DNA of 54,661 bases, filler included, from Dimargaris cristalligena (taxonomy: Eukaryota): the NCBI GenBank assembly GCA_003614675.1. It is 3 parts of 3 records of this genome, joined end to end, with 100 filler letters (N's around TTAATTAATTAA, not from the genome) between each part and the next. Parts side by side here need not be neighbours in the genome. Positions count along the whole stretch, not along the records: positions 1 to 18,203 come from ML002774.1; positions 18,304 to 36,439 come from ML002775.1; 1 more part is not named here. The stretch is one strand, 5' to 3'. Positions 12,807-25,700 of this stretch are shown piece after piece (position 1 is the first letter of the stretch; every line of letters begins with the position of its first letter). The notes beneath the pieces are model-generated. The model saw nothing but the letters and a program-made list of their open reading frames with translations, searched no databases and was not told the origin of the DNA. The position numbers and the translations under genes were made by a program.

Positions 12807-13847
12807 TTACTGGCGGCCGTTGAAGAACTGCTTGGTAACCTTGGCGAACGACTCACCCTGGTGTTCGGCAATGGCGGCTTCCTTTTCGCTCACCTGGCGC
12901 GAGCCATCGCCGCCGGCCACGGTACCGGCACCCCAGGGGCCACCACCAACGACCTCGGAGTTGTCCTGGAGGTTGGCGTGGGTGAAACCCAAAGGCACGT
13001 AGATCATACCGTGGTGGGCGAAGTTGGTGATGAAGGTGAAGGCCGTGGTTTCCTGGCCACCGTGCTGGGAGGCGGTGGATATGAAGGTACTGGCCAACTT
13101 GTGGTTCAGGGCACCACTGGAAAATAGGATTAGGCAAGCAGAGAGAGAGAGTATATGATAAGTATATAAAAAGATATGGAAATGGTTAGTGTTATGAGTG
13201 GATAAAATCGCTTACGTTATCGTAATAAGCGCCCACTACCCCTCCCTACTAAACAAATAGTCGGACAATTATGCTATTGGGAGAGGTGAACTGTATCGGA
13301 TAACTTCATTGTCCCTAAAAGGAGGCTCTAAAGGAAACTAGAGTTATATAATTGTGGGTGATGCTTACCTGGCCCAGAGCTGACCGGTGGCATCCCAGAA
13401 GGACTTCCATTGGGCGGGCATGTTACCGAAACGAGTAGGGATACCGAAAATGACGGCATCGGCCTTGACAAGGTCGGCCGGTTCAAGGATGGGCACCTCG
13501 GGCTTAGCGGGAGCATGCATCAAGGTGAGCACTGTACATAGGGGGTGTTGGTTGAGGATGGAATATAACAATGGTTAGAATTTTAGTTTGATGGTCGGCA
13601 TATAACAGTAGGTGGGGATGGGGGTCTGAATAGATATATCGAGGCACATGGGTGGTACGATTCAACGAAGAACATGGGTGATAAAAATGCAGTGCTTACC
13701 TTCTTGGGGAAGGGTTTCCTTGATCTGGTAGAGCGTGACGTCGACGTCGGCGACCTTCTGGACACCCTTCTGGATGTGCTTAGCCAGAGTATGGATATGG
13801 CCATACATGGAGTAGAAGACGATGAAAATCTGAGGGCGGGCAGACAT
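12807..13847 (-). CDS. PST2: Flavodoxin-like NAD(P)H:quinone oxidoreductase (WrbA/Pst2 family), paralog C, 206 aa; exons 13847-13700, 13531-13369, 13116-12807
   Basis: Same motifs and the same exon sizes as paralog B (148+163+310 nt). TATAAATA at 13981-13974. Confidence 0.93.
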
Positions 13848-15203
13848 GGTGAATGTAAGGGCTAAGGAAAGGAGGCGGGTACAGGCAGGAAGACGGAGGT
13901 CGGGCTTAAGTGTGGCAGCAGGTATTATTGATAGCTGGAGATATCGAAACAATGTGGGGGGAAGGTAAGCGGGTATTTATAATAGATGAACTTGGCCCTG
14001 TACCCACCAATACAGTCTACTGTTGTGTACCGAACCTTCTGTGCGTCTCCGCCCCCCCCCACTCGTCCAGACAGTTAGCTGTCTAGTTATGCTTACACAG
14101 CAAACTCGAGGACTACATCTCGCCGCCGGCCAATGGGAACGAAGGGTAGGGTAGTGAAAGGGGCCGGATTATTAAACTAGCGCCATGGTGCAATTAGCTA
14201 CGATTGGTCGTCGAGCCTTGATTGGCAAATTCTTTGTAAGCACCCGAAAAAATACTACTGTTGCTAAGCAGTGTTTAGGTTACAAGGAGCATGTGGGCGG
14301 GCAGCATAGCCCACTGGCTTAATCAAAGGGTCGATTAAGCCACCCCTCTTAGGCTTAGTAAACTGCCCTTAGAATAAATTGATAGAGCTACCCTATAAAA
14401 ATAACCACGGGAATTACTAATGGCTCAACTCGCTCATTCGCCATACCAGCCCGTGGCTTGGAAACACATCAGCTTGGACATTCGTAGCTGGGAAGATTAT
14501 CCACTCATCAGCCGGGCCATCCCACCAATCAGGCAAGTCTGAGTGGGTGATTACTGTACAGCGCGATAACCCGAAAGGGAAAAGAAGTCTGTGGTCTGGG
14601 GTAATAATGGGGCCGAGCACCAGAGAGCACTATTGCATAGAACAGGTAGGTTGAATGGACGACCTCTTATCTAATCAATCCGAGAGGATATTAGTAACAG
14701 AAAATTCTAGACAAGGTCAGTTTCTCACATATCTTCTCTACTATTCGTACACGATTACTCAACCAACTGGCCTACTTAGGAAATATCCCCGGATATCTCG
14801 TTGTCTGTGGGACAGTTTCGGGTCTATTCAATAAAAAGCTTCTCTTAGCTAACGTGTCTTCTCATATACCACCTTAGGTATACACGCACATAGTCGATAA
14901 TAAAAAAAAATGCTTGCAATAATATCCTGGAGTTTGTTGTATTACTCGACCTTCATAGATGATATGGGCTTGGTCTGCTTTACAATTAATCTAAACTTCG
15001 TTTGGTGTGATATTTAATAAGCGAGGAGTAATGGCGATATATAGTTTTTCAACAATTTGGCTACACCCGCACTACATTGCTCGGGTTTGTACTGTCCTCG
15101 GATACTAAATATTACGAGGCGCTATTGGCAACTGACCAGTAAGCATTCTGGGGCTACACAATACTATGATATAGAAAAAACATGACAAAACTTTTCGTTC
15201 TGA

Positions 15204-15275
15204 TCCGATATGGTCCAATGGTTAGGATTTCGCGCTTTCACCGCGACGGCCGGGGTTCGATTCCCCGTATCGGAG
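15204..15275 (+). tRNA. tRNA-Glu(TTC)
   Basis: Cloverleaf with acceptor TCCGATA/TATCGGA, anticodon arm TCGCG-CTTTCAC-CGCGA and T-arm CGGGG-TTCGATT-CCCCG. A T-run follows. Confidence 0.96.
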
Positions 15276-15555
15276 AGCATTCTTTTGCTTTTGGCCGGTC
15301 CGTATAGAGAGGGTGGTGGGGTTTTCTCAAGAAGAGAGAGGTCCCTTCCACCATTTTGCCCCTGACACAACAACCTATGGCGGTTGGCTCCACCCTTTTC
15401 CTGGCATACCATCCGCAATTCAACAAGCTAGGCACTTTCCTGTTATTTTCCGGGGTGTTATTTTTTAATATTTCCGTGCTTTCCTCTTCCTCGAGCCTTT
15501 CAGGTCATTGTCGTTGCATTCACCCACTCGTTCCACTTACTGTATTTTTATTACC

Positions 15556-17285
15556 ATGCCTCAGGAGACGCCCGACTTCCTAACTAGGTGGAAGTGCATT
15601 TCCGAACAGGCGGTACACCATGCCCAACTTGCACAGGTAGGTGGCCACTTTTCCCTCGTATGCTACTGGTAATTAGAATTTCCCGGTCATGCATTGGCGG
15701 GCGCATTTGGCCTGGATAAGTACCATTTAGTCCTATGCCAACTAATAATAAAACAAAATTGGTATGTGGTTGTGGTTGTGCTTCGGGGTACTCTTGTTGT
15801 AAGGGTTTTTAGACAACGGACCGGCTTTTCGATAGTTGCCGAAAACGGTGCGAAGACCAAAGTCGTACCTGGCAGGGAGCGCGGGACGAGCTGTCTAACC
15901 TTCACGTACTGGCGAGTCACTCTAAAGAAGTGGCTCGGAAAATAGGTAAATGCCAAGGGGATTTTATTTAGACATACCATTAGGGAACGGAGGGGAGAGG
16001 GGGGGCTCACAATTATTTTCGACTATGGGGAGTGTAGTATAGTCTGGTAGGGTTCTCCAGTGTATTCCTTTAGTTGTCAACTTACTGAGCAGTTTTTTTT
16101 TTCCTGTTCAATTAATACCTGTGTTTATCTCGTGTAGAAAAACTCTCAGCCATGATTGTTCAACTCGAATCACAGTATGACCGAATAGCAGGGCAGCGAC
16201 GTCAAAGTGAATTGGATAGCTGGATCGCCCAACAGAAGTCCAGCCATCTTGCGTGGCAGGAGGCTTTACGGTAAGGGCCAATTGCTAAGAAGCCATTATT
16301 ATAGTCGTTTTTGGTAGATTATAACTCCGACCCATACAATATGCGGTCTCTAATACGTCCAATTTTAATTATTGATCTATAATTCTGAATTTATATCGAA
16401 TTCGCACCATCGATTAGCGAGACTTATTCGAGTAAGCGGAATAAGCATCAGCACCAACTCGACCAACTGACAGCAGAGCGGCAACTGCGGCTCCGGGAGC
16501 GACTGGAAACCGATTTTCGGGAGCAGATGAAGGCCTATCGCGGCCATGATTATTCCTATTACCGGGAGCCAGGTATTTATTATAATATGCGTATGCTACG
16601 ATTTGTTTATACAACATTGTATTTTCGGGGCTACTTTAGTATATGGTTTGTTAGCTAGTCCGGACAGTGCAAAGTGTACTATCGGACTAATGCCGAATTT
16701 GTTGTTCATATATTCCCTCAATTATTGATGGCGGGCTGGACCGCTGGTTGCTGACATGCTGGATGGTGTTTAAGCCCCTCAACCAAGCTCCATCAAAACC
16801 TCTATGGAACAACTCACGCTTAGGCATGGGGAAGATGCGGACCAGGCCCTTGATGCTTTTCTGGAGTCTGAAGACGATACCGATGACCACGGTCAGTTAG
16901 GCCATTCATTGGTACCAAACCGGAACAGCATGTCGCCAGTCTCTCCGAAAGATAAGGTAATTCATCATGTTATATATTTTTGTATGGATTGAGACTTAAA
17001 ATTACACGTATCCCTTCCATAGGGAGGGTCGGTTGGGTTCTATTTGTAAACCAATGACAATAGGCCACACCAATTCCATTGGCTAATGCGGCAGGGGGTT
17101 GTCAGGTAAGGCCAATTCAAAAGACCCAGCTCACTCAGTATTATTCTACCCTGTTTATTGTTTTAATCGAATGGTCTATTCAGGAGCCCAATATTGGCCA
17201 TTATGGCAACCGGAATCGGGGAGATAGTGACAGTGGCAGCGAGGGCCGACCCGAGATTCTAGCAGAAGAGGACTGGTCGGAATAA
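15556..17285 (+). CDS. DTNBP1: Dysbindin-like protein (BLOC-1 subunit), ~275 aa; exons 15556-15636, 15813-15945, 16138-16270, 16418-16572, 16775-16956, 17064-17105, 17184-17285
   Basis: Seven phase-consistent GT-AG exons (828 nt). A coiled coil ending ERQLRLRERLETDFREQMKAY, then MEQLTLRHGEDADQALDAFLESED and an acidic tail, parallels the metazoan dysbindin pattern as I recall it (ERQ..FEEAFQQDMEQY / LEQMDL..DQEALDVFL). The start codon is uncertain. Confidence 0.72.
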
Positions 17286-17754
17286 GGTGGTGATCCCTAG
17301 ACGTTTGGCCATTTCTGGCAAGGGTCTTTTCGCGGTGGTTGTGATTTGATGTGACCAAAGTTATTATATACCCTTTTCCTTCGGTGTTTTCAACTGATTT
17401 GTTAATTAGAGGGCAATATTGCTGTTATTAAAGGGTTGATTCAGACTAAATTAATAGAAGCAAATGGTTCCGTGGGCCGACTAACATCTCTCGGGAATGA
17501 TGCTTGATGCTTGAGATTAATATTTGTACATTAATCTCAAGCGCCTTGATATGGGAAAAGGGGCCTAGAGGATGCCGGATTTTCCGGTATGGACAAAGAC
17601 TATGGCGGACACTCTAAAAGAGAGGAAGAAGCCAGACGACCACGAAGAATGCGGTGGGGAATGGAATGATTGCTTTGGGGGCAAAGGGGACGAGAGTACG
17701 GGGAGAGGGCATCGGATGCGGGGCGACAATATAGGCCCAAGGACTGTTAGGGTC

Positions 17755-17812
17755 TACTATTACTACTATTACTACTATTACTACAATGACTATTACCATT
17801 ACCATTACTCTT
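17755..17812. repeat. Imperfect (TAC/TAT)n microsatellite
   Basis: tactattactactattactactattactac... read directly. Confidence 0.85.
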
Positions 17813-18146
17813 AGTATTGCCACATCAAACCCCGTCTGAGAGGGCTATTCCTCCCCGTTCCTTTGGCTGTGCGCCCCCCCTCTCTCCCTCCCACTCTCTC
17901 TCTCTCTCTCCCTCCCTCCCTCCCTCCCTCCACCCCACCACCACCACACCTCCCCATATTCACCCGCCTTCCCCTTCTCCTCATTCCCCCACTTTAATAG
18001 TTCTCCACTCCCGCGTCTTTTTCATCTGCTGTGTTCATCTGTCTTCTTTCTTTCCCCCCTACCCGGCATTGTTTCATCTATCACCGTTTCCCAAGTTCAC
18101 TACTTTCTTCTATACACTTCCACTCGACCCGACCCAACCCTAGCTT

Positions 18147-18147
<1 letters not shown>

Positions 18148-18203
<56 letters not shown>
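18148..18203. repeat. (ACT)n microsatellite, about 19 units, running into the contig end
   Basis: Perfect trinucleotide array. It probably caused the assembly break. Confidence 0.95.
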
Positions 18204-18303
18204 NNNNNNNNNNNNNNNNNNNNNNNNNNNNNNNNNNNNNNNNNNNNTTAATTAATTAANNNNNNNNNNNNNNNNNNNNNNNNNNNNNNNNNNNNNNNNN
18301 NNN
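18204..18303. other. Artificial contig-joining spacer
   Basis: N44 + TTAATTAATTAA (stops in all six frames) + N44. Confidence 0.98.
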
Positions 18304-19154
18304 CGGAGTAGACATGTCCGGCGAAACTCCCTTTGAATGGGCCGAAGCGAGAGTAAATCGCGTTGTGTTTTACCCTTTATCCAAGGTTTTTTATTATTAA
18401 ACTTTGGCAGTATGCTATGGCCATCTGATATATTGTAAGTAAACTCCGACCTGGCCCTGCACATACATATATATATATATATATTCTTACGCGATGTAAT
18501 TCGCGAAACCTATTTGGAATCAATAAAATTTTGTGATTAATAGTCCATGATCCGGAGCTACTCTGTTGAAAAATCTTGTTAATGGGTTATACTAAAAATT
18601 TAAACTCAGCACCCCACTATGCCCAACGGATATTCAGGATTCCCTGGTCAGCATATCGTAAGATATATGGCAACCCAGACATGTACTTAATTATCCGAAG
18701 TTCTAGGAGTTTTATGATAAACAGATAGGGACAAAAGAACTACCATTCTTACTCAAATAATAGGGCCATTGCGCCATTCTCCCTATTGGAGCGGGTGGGG
18801 GAAATTCAGGGAGAGTAAGTGGGCGGTTTATCAAAAGTGGTGCAGAGCATGGGGGAATATTGGTAAAGCCCAAGGCGTAAGTCTAACCACACCAAACTAA
18901 CCCCGCTCAGCTGGGAATTCAGCGCATCGCTGATCCCACCCCACTTCCTTAGCCCAGAGAGAGTATCCATCTCATCTGTTCTTGGTTCAACAGTAATATT
19001 ACTGTAGGTTCTTGATGCTGTCTCTTCCCTCCGTGTAGGAATTGCTCCGCCTTGTCCGCTCTTCGCTTTCTCTCTTTTTAATCTGCCCATCTTATCCCCC
19101 TTCTTTCCTTTCGCTCTTTCTTTCGTCCTTTTGAGGTCTCATCTTAGCTCTGCT

Positions 19155-19989
19155 ATGCGTTTCCCGACGATTTCCGCCTGCCTGATTCTAGGCACCCTCG
19201 TGGGCACCTCCCTGGTGCAGGCCATTAAGTTCGACATGCCGGCCTTCCCGGATGCGCTCAAGGAAGAGAAGTGCCTGTCCAACTGGGGCCCGCAGAACAC
19301 CAAAGTGAAGGTGAAGGTCAAGACCACGGCCGCCTACGGTCAGAACCTCCAACTCCGCATCTACGACAACAGCGCGTCCAGCAACGTGTTCGCGACCCGC
19401 AAGGGTATCAACGAAGATTTGCTAATTGAGTTCCATACCCACGAACATGCGCAGGTCTTTGTGTGCTTCCGTAATCTATTGGAAGAGGGCGCCAAGGCCG
19501 ACGGACGTCTGCGGACGGTCACTTTTTCCATGGATGTGGGCGCGAGTGCCATTGACTTTAAGGAAATGGCCGCCCAGGAGAAATTGAAGCCCCTGGAGGC
19601 GGAATTGGTCAAATTGGAGAAATACCTGGAGGAGGTCGATGATCAAATGGCTTACATGAAGCGTCGTGAATCGAAACTGCGTAACACCAACGGTAAGTTA
19701 ACCTTTATCTTCCACCGGTGTGGTTATGTTCCCCTGTACCAACTTATCGATAATGCATCCCTACTTTGATGATCAAAGATGATGGCACCAATATTTGCCC
19801 AACTCTTGTCCTTGTATATTTATCATCCCGTTACACTCTATCAAATGTTTGGCACCATTTCCCTCCACAGAATCTACTAACGAGCGTATCAAATTTCTCA
19901 GCGTACTTTCCCTGGTCGTGTTGGGGCTCTCCGGTCTATGGCAGGTCTATTATCTGCGCCGTTTCTTCCAGCAAAAGAAACTCATCTAA
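19155..19989 (+). CDS. ERV25: p24/emp24/gp25L family cargo receptor (Erv25/TMED10-like), 218 aa; exons 19155-19692, 19871-19989
   Basis: Signal peptide, GOLD domain, EKLKPLEAELVKLE coiled coil, spliced RNTNESTNER, a TM helix and the C-terminal YLRRFFQQKKLI. Confidence 0.93.
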
Positions 19990-22532
19990 TTTCCCCCCTT
20001 CAATCCCGGTTTCCCGTCGATGTACAGCCCTCCCCCTCCCCAACTCCTTTACTTTCCCCCCTTTTCCCCAATACATCCCCCCTTCTGGTCACCCAGTATT
20101 TGTGCAGCGATCCCGCCGCATGCCTCTAAAGACCACCCCAAGCTTTTACCGTTTCTTCCGCATTGCGTACGTTTATTACTTTCCGCACTGCCTTTTATTC
20201 CTTTATACCAAAACTACATTTATATAAATTAAATTATTTCAAGTTTTATGGTCTTTTATTACTGTGATACAGTTGGACAGGTTGATTTAACCATTGTTAC
20301 TCTGCGCTGTTTCATCTATTACAATACCTAGATTTAGTTTTGATCTATGAGTGCGTTTCTACGCTACTCCTCGAGCTTTCGCTTTCCCTTATGATGCAAA
20401 TATTGTTAGGACGAATGTACTAGGTGGTAAAAAGAGATTGTAGAATGACATTTAACCATCAAGTGGCCGTATATCACTTATTTGAGTCGAAACATTCGTT
20501 GAGAGTGATAAACTAAAACACGATCGCAAATGTCTATACACGGTCAGGCAATATCACGAGTCGCCAGATCTTTCTTTGGCCGTACATTTATTACTGGTGG
20601 AGATCGAATTGGCACAGATGGCAGCTAAGGGTTTTGTCAGTTTAGAACCAGAAGGGTGGGCTGCCAGGGTGTTTTTATGGTTTTAAGGACGAGGGTGGTA
20701 TACATGGCTTTTATCCACCTGGTCGGTAATTAATAACAGTTAATATGGGCTTACTCATCGGACTTTTGGTCATTAGAGACCCCGTGGATATTTTTGTGAT
20801 ATTAACGGCAATGTGCTCGAATGAAATGTAAATGGGGAACGCAAGTTTCACCCTTCTACTTTCGCCCATTGCACTGCGGGCATCCTGAATCTACTGCTTA
20901 TATTGCCATTCCATCGGCGTGGGCTTACGGCTCTTTAGATAGTTGGCAGCATGTTTGCTGTCCAGTTTCGGGTATATTGTCCATCTGCCTATCACCACTA
21001 TCTCGCCGGAATTCCTCATCAGGTAGTATATGTTCCAACTCTATAGCCCAAACGTGGCTAAATGAAGAGTGATCACCCATTCATCTCACTATTGACCCTT
21101 TCGCCAGGCTCCGTATGATCGATCGTATTCCAAGGTGGTTGCATGCTACCCAACCCTAAGCCGCTAGGGGAAATTCTAAAACCTGCACAGGAATATGACC
21201 TGGTATGGCGCCATACGATGGAAACCTTCGCGTGGAATTGTTACTATTAAAGTGTTGGAGTGTTCTATGAGGGGTGGCTATTTTTTTTATTGATTAGAAA
21301 CCTAGCCAAGGGCCATGGATTGAGTGGGACAGAGGGATTGTCCTCCCTGTCTAATAGATGGGGAATTATTCGCTAAGCGCATTTCCCTATTCAGTGGGGT
21401 TACATATGTTATCAGTATGCTAGTAATGAGAGGAAGCCTTATCCAGGATATTGGGCACGCGATTCTGGTGATAGGGAGGTGGACATATGGGTATTTAAAC
21501 AACCCACCCTTAGACCCGAAGTGAATATAATCCAGCGGCGACGAACCTTCTTTTTTTGGTGATTGCATCCTGATGGTCAATTGTACTAGTTTTTCCTCTG
21601 TTAATAGCTTACACCTAATATATGCAGGATTTTGTCCAACTGTATAGGGATTAGATTGTAATGGGCATGGTAAAGTTAATAAATTTTTTTTATTTACAGT
21701 AGAACTATATCTAACCTATATACCGAAAGACAAAGGACCGCCGCCGTGTAATTTTACATTGCCATGACTAAACAGCAAAATTCGGAAATATTGACCACTG
21801 GTTGAAGCTAGGCTATCGACATTATAATGTAAATTCAGTGGTATACACTGGCCGACAGTGGAAGTTATCGGTAAAGTAACCATGTCAGTTAAATTAGCGG
21901 AATATATTAGAGAGTAGAATGGTGCACCCCCGGAGCTGCGTTAAGAACAATATACTCATTGACCAAAACCTTTATCTAAAGAACATCACCGGAGTATATA
22001 CGGATATATATAAAGCCGGCTTTTATATATCAAAAAGTCGGAAATAAGACATTAGTATATAAAGAGCTTTTAGTTCTGGATACCTTATTTGAAAAATATT
22101 AATTGAAAGTATCCCCAACTGAAAAAAGCCCGAAGATGCCGCACCCTGGCTGGAACATACAATTAAACCCAGTATTTTAGATGTTAGTGTAGCCGTTTCA
22201 GTAAGCCAGTTCAATAATTTCCATCAACACAAACAAAGACATCTGTCCATAGCCCCATCATTATCCATATCACCACAGCGACATTATCATATATACAGAA
22301 TAATCCAGTCTGACTACCTTATTACCAGCCGCTATCCTAGACTCATTTCTATCTTAATTAAAAAGATTGGCTTATTATGGTCTATTAAATAAATAGACAT
22401 CCCAATATAAAAAGGATGCCATATCCTGATACATGCAGTTTCTTATATTTATATAAAAATATATCAGAAACACTAATGCACAAATCAGGCTTCATTTAAC
22501 CTGTACTTATACAGGTACCTCCCAGTGTTTGT

Positions 22533-22709
22533 TTAACTGGAGGCTGGGACATTGGCCTGACCCCGGTCGGCCTCAATAAGCTCATATTGGGGGTCAAAGG
22601 CAGAGTAATCCCTCAATACAAATGAGGGATACCCGGTGGCACCCTGTTGAGAGTGCCCATATCTGGTTTCTGCCTGTATTACTACAGGGAGGGGCCGAAG
22701 TATGGCCAT
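22533..22709 (-). pseudogene. Short ORF (58 aa) or decayed first exon of an unidentified gene
   Basis: TATAAATA at 22887-22880, a pyrimidine-rich leader and an ATG at 22709. A donor-like AG|GTACC follows soon after the stop. No family recognised. Confidence 0.3.
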
Positions 22710-25700
22710 TGGGGGAGGGGGAGGGGTAGAGGGGGAGAGGGGGAGAGTGAAAGTGAAAGTGTGTGAAAGTAGAGAGTGAGGGTAGGAGCTGGAAAATTTG
22801 AATAGGTAGCGGTGTGTATGAAATGATTCCCTGGTATTTACTATTAATGATAGGAAATTTGGGGCAGCATTCGCTTGCCTATTTATAGCCAACCGGTAAA
22901 TTTAATAATTGAATGCAATGTAAGCAGTACCTGGCCATCTCTTCAAGGTTGACAGCCTTCGTGTGGTCATTCCAAAGCAGTAAGGGGGAGACAATCCCCT
23001 AATCGGTGGCGTATATTAGGATTTAGCCAGATAATGGTTATCATATCCTGATGCTCCCTTTGTTGTCTATGCGAATAGCTTCATGGATGTCTATTGTAAT
23101 GGAAATGTCTACAGGACAATAGCCATTAGATTATGGTTAGGAATAATGAATAGGTGTCTTATGGTCTACGGCACTTAATCCTGGGAAAGGGCTATGGCCG
23201 AGGCTTTGGACTGGAGGCTTCTAAAAAATAAGATGCTCATGACGACAATGCAGAAAATAACTTGAATATCCAGGTGTGTTTTCTTACATGGATGACTAGG
23301 CCTGCTATAATGGCTAGACCTTTCATTATTATCTGCTGTATGCCTTATTCGGAGATATGAATCCACCAGTCAGCCATTGTAACACACACCTGATGGCTCC
23401 AGTTAAACCTTACCAGGTCCGTCTAACCTCCGGAAAAATGATTGCAGTCTAGGCATAGCATAATCACAGCCAAATGCAGTTCCCCCAATATGAAGGACGA
23501 AGTTTCCTGTCCTTCGGTGATTGATTAGAATAATGGACAAGCCAGGAATTACTATTAGTTATTTTAATTAAAATTAGGTTATGCCATGTAAACTAAAGCA
23601 CTGGTGGTTTACACTAACATCAACGGGGGCATTGGGGGGGATGACTAGCCTAAATGGTGGTTGTGCCCTGCTACTATGAATTGGATAGTCAGCTAGCATC
23701 CCGTAGTAACCTTCATACCACTGCGGTCACAAGGGTTATTCATCTTATCCTCACTACTTTTGAATCATAGTTAAACATTGGTGGGTTCTATTAGTTGGAA
23801 ATTAGCACCCTTGGTCTGTTGCACCACTGCCTTGGTATCTACCGAGACTGTGGTGTACTTACGGGACTAATGGTTGGGTAACAGGCGGGTATTTGCCAGA
23901 TAATAGAATGGGTTTAAAGGTGAAATAGTGCATCATGCTGAAGATACTATAACATCAGCTTAGAACGATTAGGTCTAAATTCCTTGGATAGTTCGTCTGT
24001 GTCTTTCATCTGGTGCCCTTCACCTGGAAGGTAGTTACCAAGTGCTATAACGATATGATTTTATTATAATTATCATGTGGATGAAATTCGGCATAATGGC
24101 CTACAGTTTTAAATGGTATAATTATGGTTAAATGGATGGGATATGCATACTATAATAAGCGACTCCTGTCCCATCAATCAGACTTAATTTTATATAGTCT
24201 GGTTAACCCCCTCCCATATATAGGGTCAATTTATCTAAAAGCCATTACTCCACACTCCGCCACAATTGATTGATATTACAAATTCTGAGGGGTTACGCTG
24301 GACCTATACCATATTCGTCTAACCCCCCTACCCAAAAACGGGTACGGTTTAAATACCCGTGGAAGAAGGTATTGGAGTTTGCCTTATTTAGTCATAGCTG
24401 TGCTTTGGGATAGATAGTGATTGATTTTTGGTAATATATCAGGTGGTAAGTGCTCACCTGGAACTAAGGTTACCCGGTTGATGGAGAAGAGTGAATGTCT
24501 ACTTATTCGGGGGGTTGTAGAATGACAATGGCTGCCTAGGGCTAGTGGCGGTTATGATAAAACCCGGAATGGATTGGTAACTTATGTTAAGCTGTCCCCC
24601 TATTGCATTTTGATAAATTTCACCCTTCTTCAGATGGGTGACTCGAAACTTGTGAAAACTAACAACTACAGCCTAAATACGATAGCCAGTAAGAAAAAGT
24701 TTGAAAATCAAATCAAAAGTCAGGTATTTTCCACTGGGAAATAATGTTTCATTAAAAACCAAATAAATGATCAGTCAAACTATAGCAGAGCCGAAGTGTG
24801 AGGAAGGAGTACGTGGATCCCAATAGAAGGTCGATCCATGGCTGAATACCGCCCAGCATGGCCCATTAAGTACTGGTATTACCCACAGCTTTATTACAAT
24901 CCACCATAGATGCTAGTATCCTTGGCACTGTATTAGGACCTAGCACAGGGGGTAGAGGGTCTTAACTATGGTTGTAGATGTAGGGGGGGGGGTTGTTAAT
25001 TGTAATAAATAATAATTAGTACCGGGATTCGCCCCTCAGGTCCGCCATGGCAAACATTAAAGCAGCCCAACGAGGCTATGCACCCCCATGACTGTTGGGC
25101 TAAAATAAGACGGCACTTATTCAGCCCTAACGCAATGTGGAAAATGAAGGACGGTTGCCCCCCCAGGGTTCTAGTATAGTGCCCAACAGGGCAACGCGGG
25201 ACAGGTAATAGTAATAGGTAGGGGACGCGGCTACTGTGCACGGCACCTACTACCTTATGGACCAAATCAGCCAGCATCTTCACAATGGGAAATTGGTCTC
25301 CCGGACCAGCCTAGGACTATGCAACGCAAGTGCAGGGGGGGAAGGCAAGGCAGAGAGGGAAATTACGGGTAGAGTGGCATTGAGTGGTGTCAGGACGAGG
25401 AGAGGGGAACGGACCGGGGCTGGGGTCGGGGTCGGGTAGGCCACGCCATCTCACCTACTCACCCTCTCTGCCTCCCAATGTTCGGAAACCACTGAGGGCC
25501 GAACCCGGCGACCAAATGGGCTGTCACGGGGCCTCTCCTTTGGGCTCTAAAAAATTGGCCGAGCCGATCGATCCAGATGGTGGCTCCCAGCAGTCCCAGT
25601 GTTCAGGTTGGTCGAAGGGGGGAGAGGGAGGCGGGAATTTACGTGCTTGGGGTTGGCTGAGTAATTTTATCTATACCAAACTCTGTCCGGAGCGGCTAAA

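Noticed and set aside
7774-13127. Similar plus-strand ORFs (7774-8070, 9939-10394, 12777-13127) resembling a repeated gene family
   Set aside because: They are antisense shadows of the conserved quinone reductase exons, kept open by codon bias.
17572-18255. Poly-Tyr, poly-Thr and Pro-rich ORFs
   Set aside because: They are translations of microsatellites and low-complexity DNA at a contig end.
18204-18303. TTAATTAATTAA palindrome inside N runs (also 36440-36539)
   Set aside because: Artificial six-frame-stop linker. Contig lengths fall in descending order (18203, 18136, 18122), so genes on either side are not linked.
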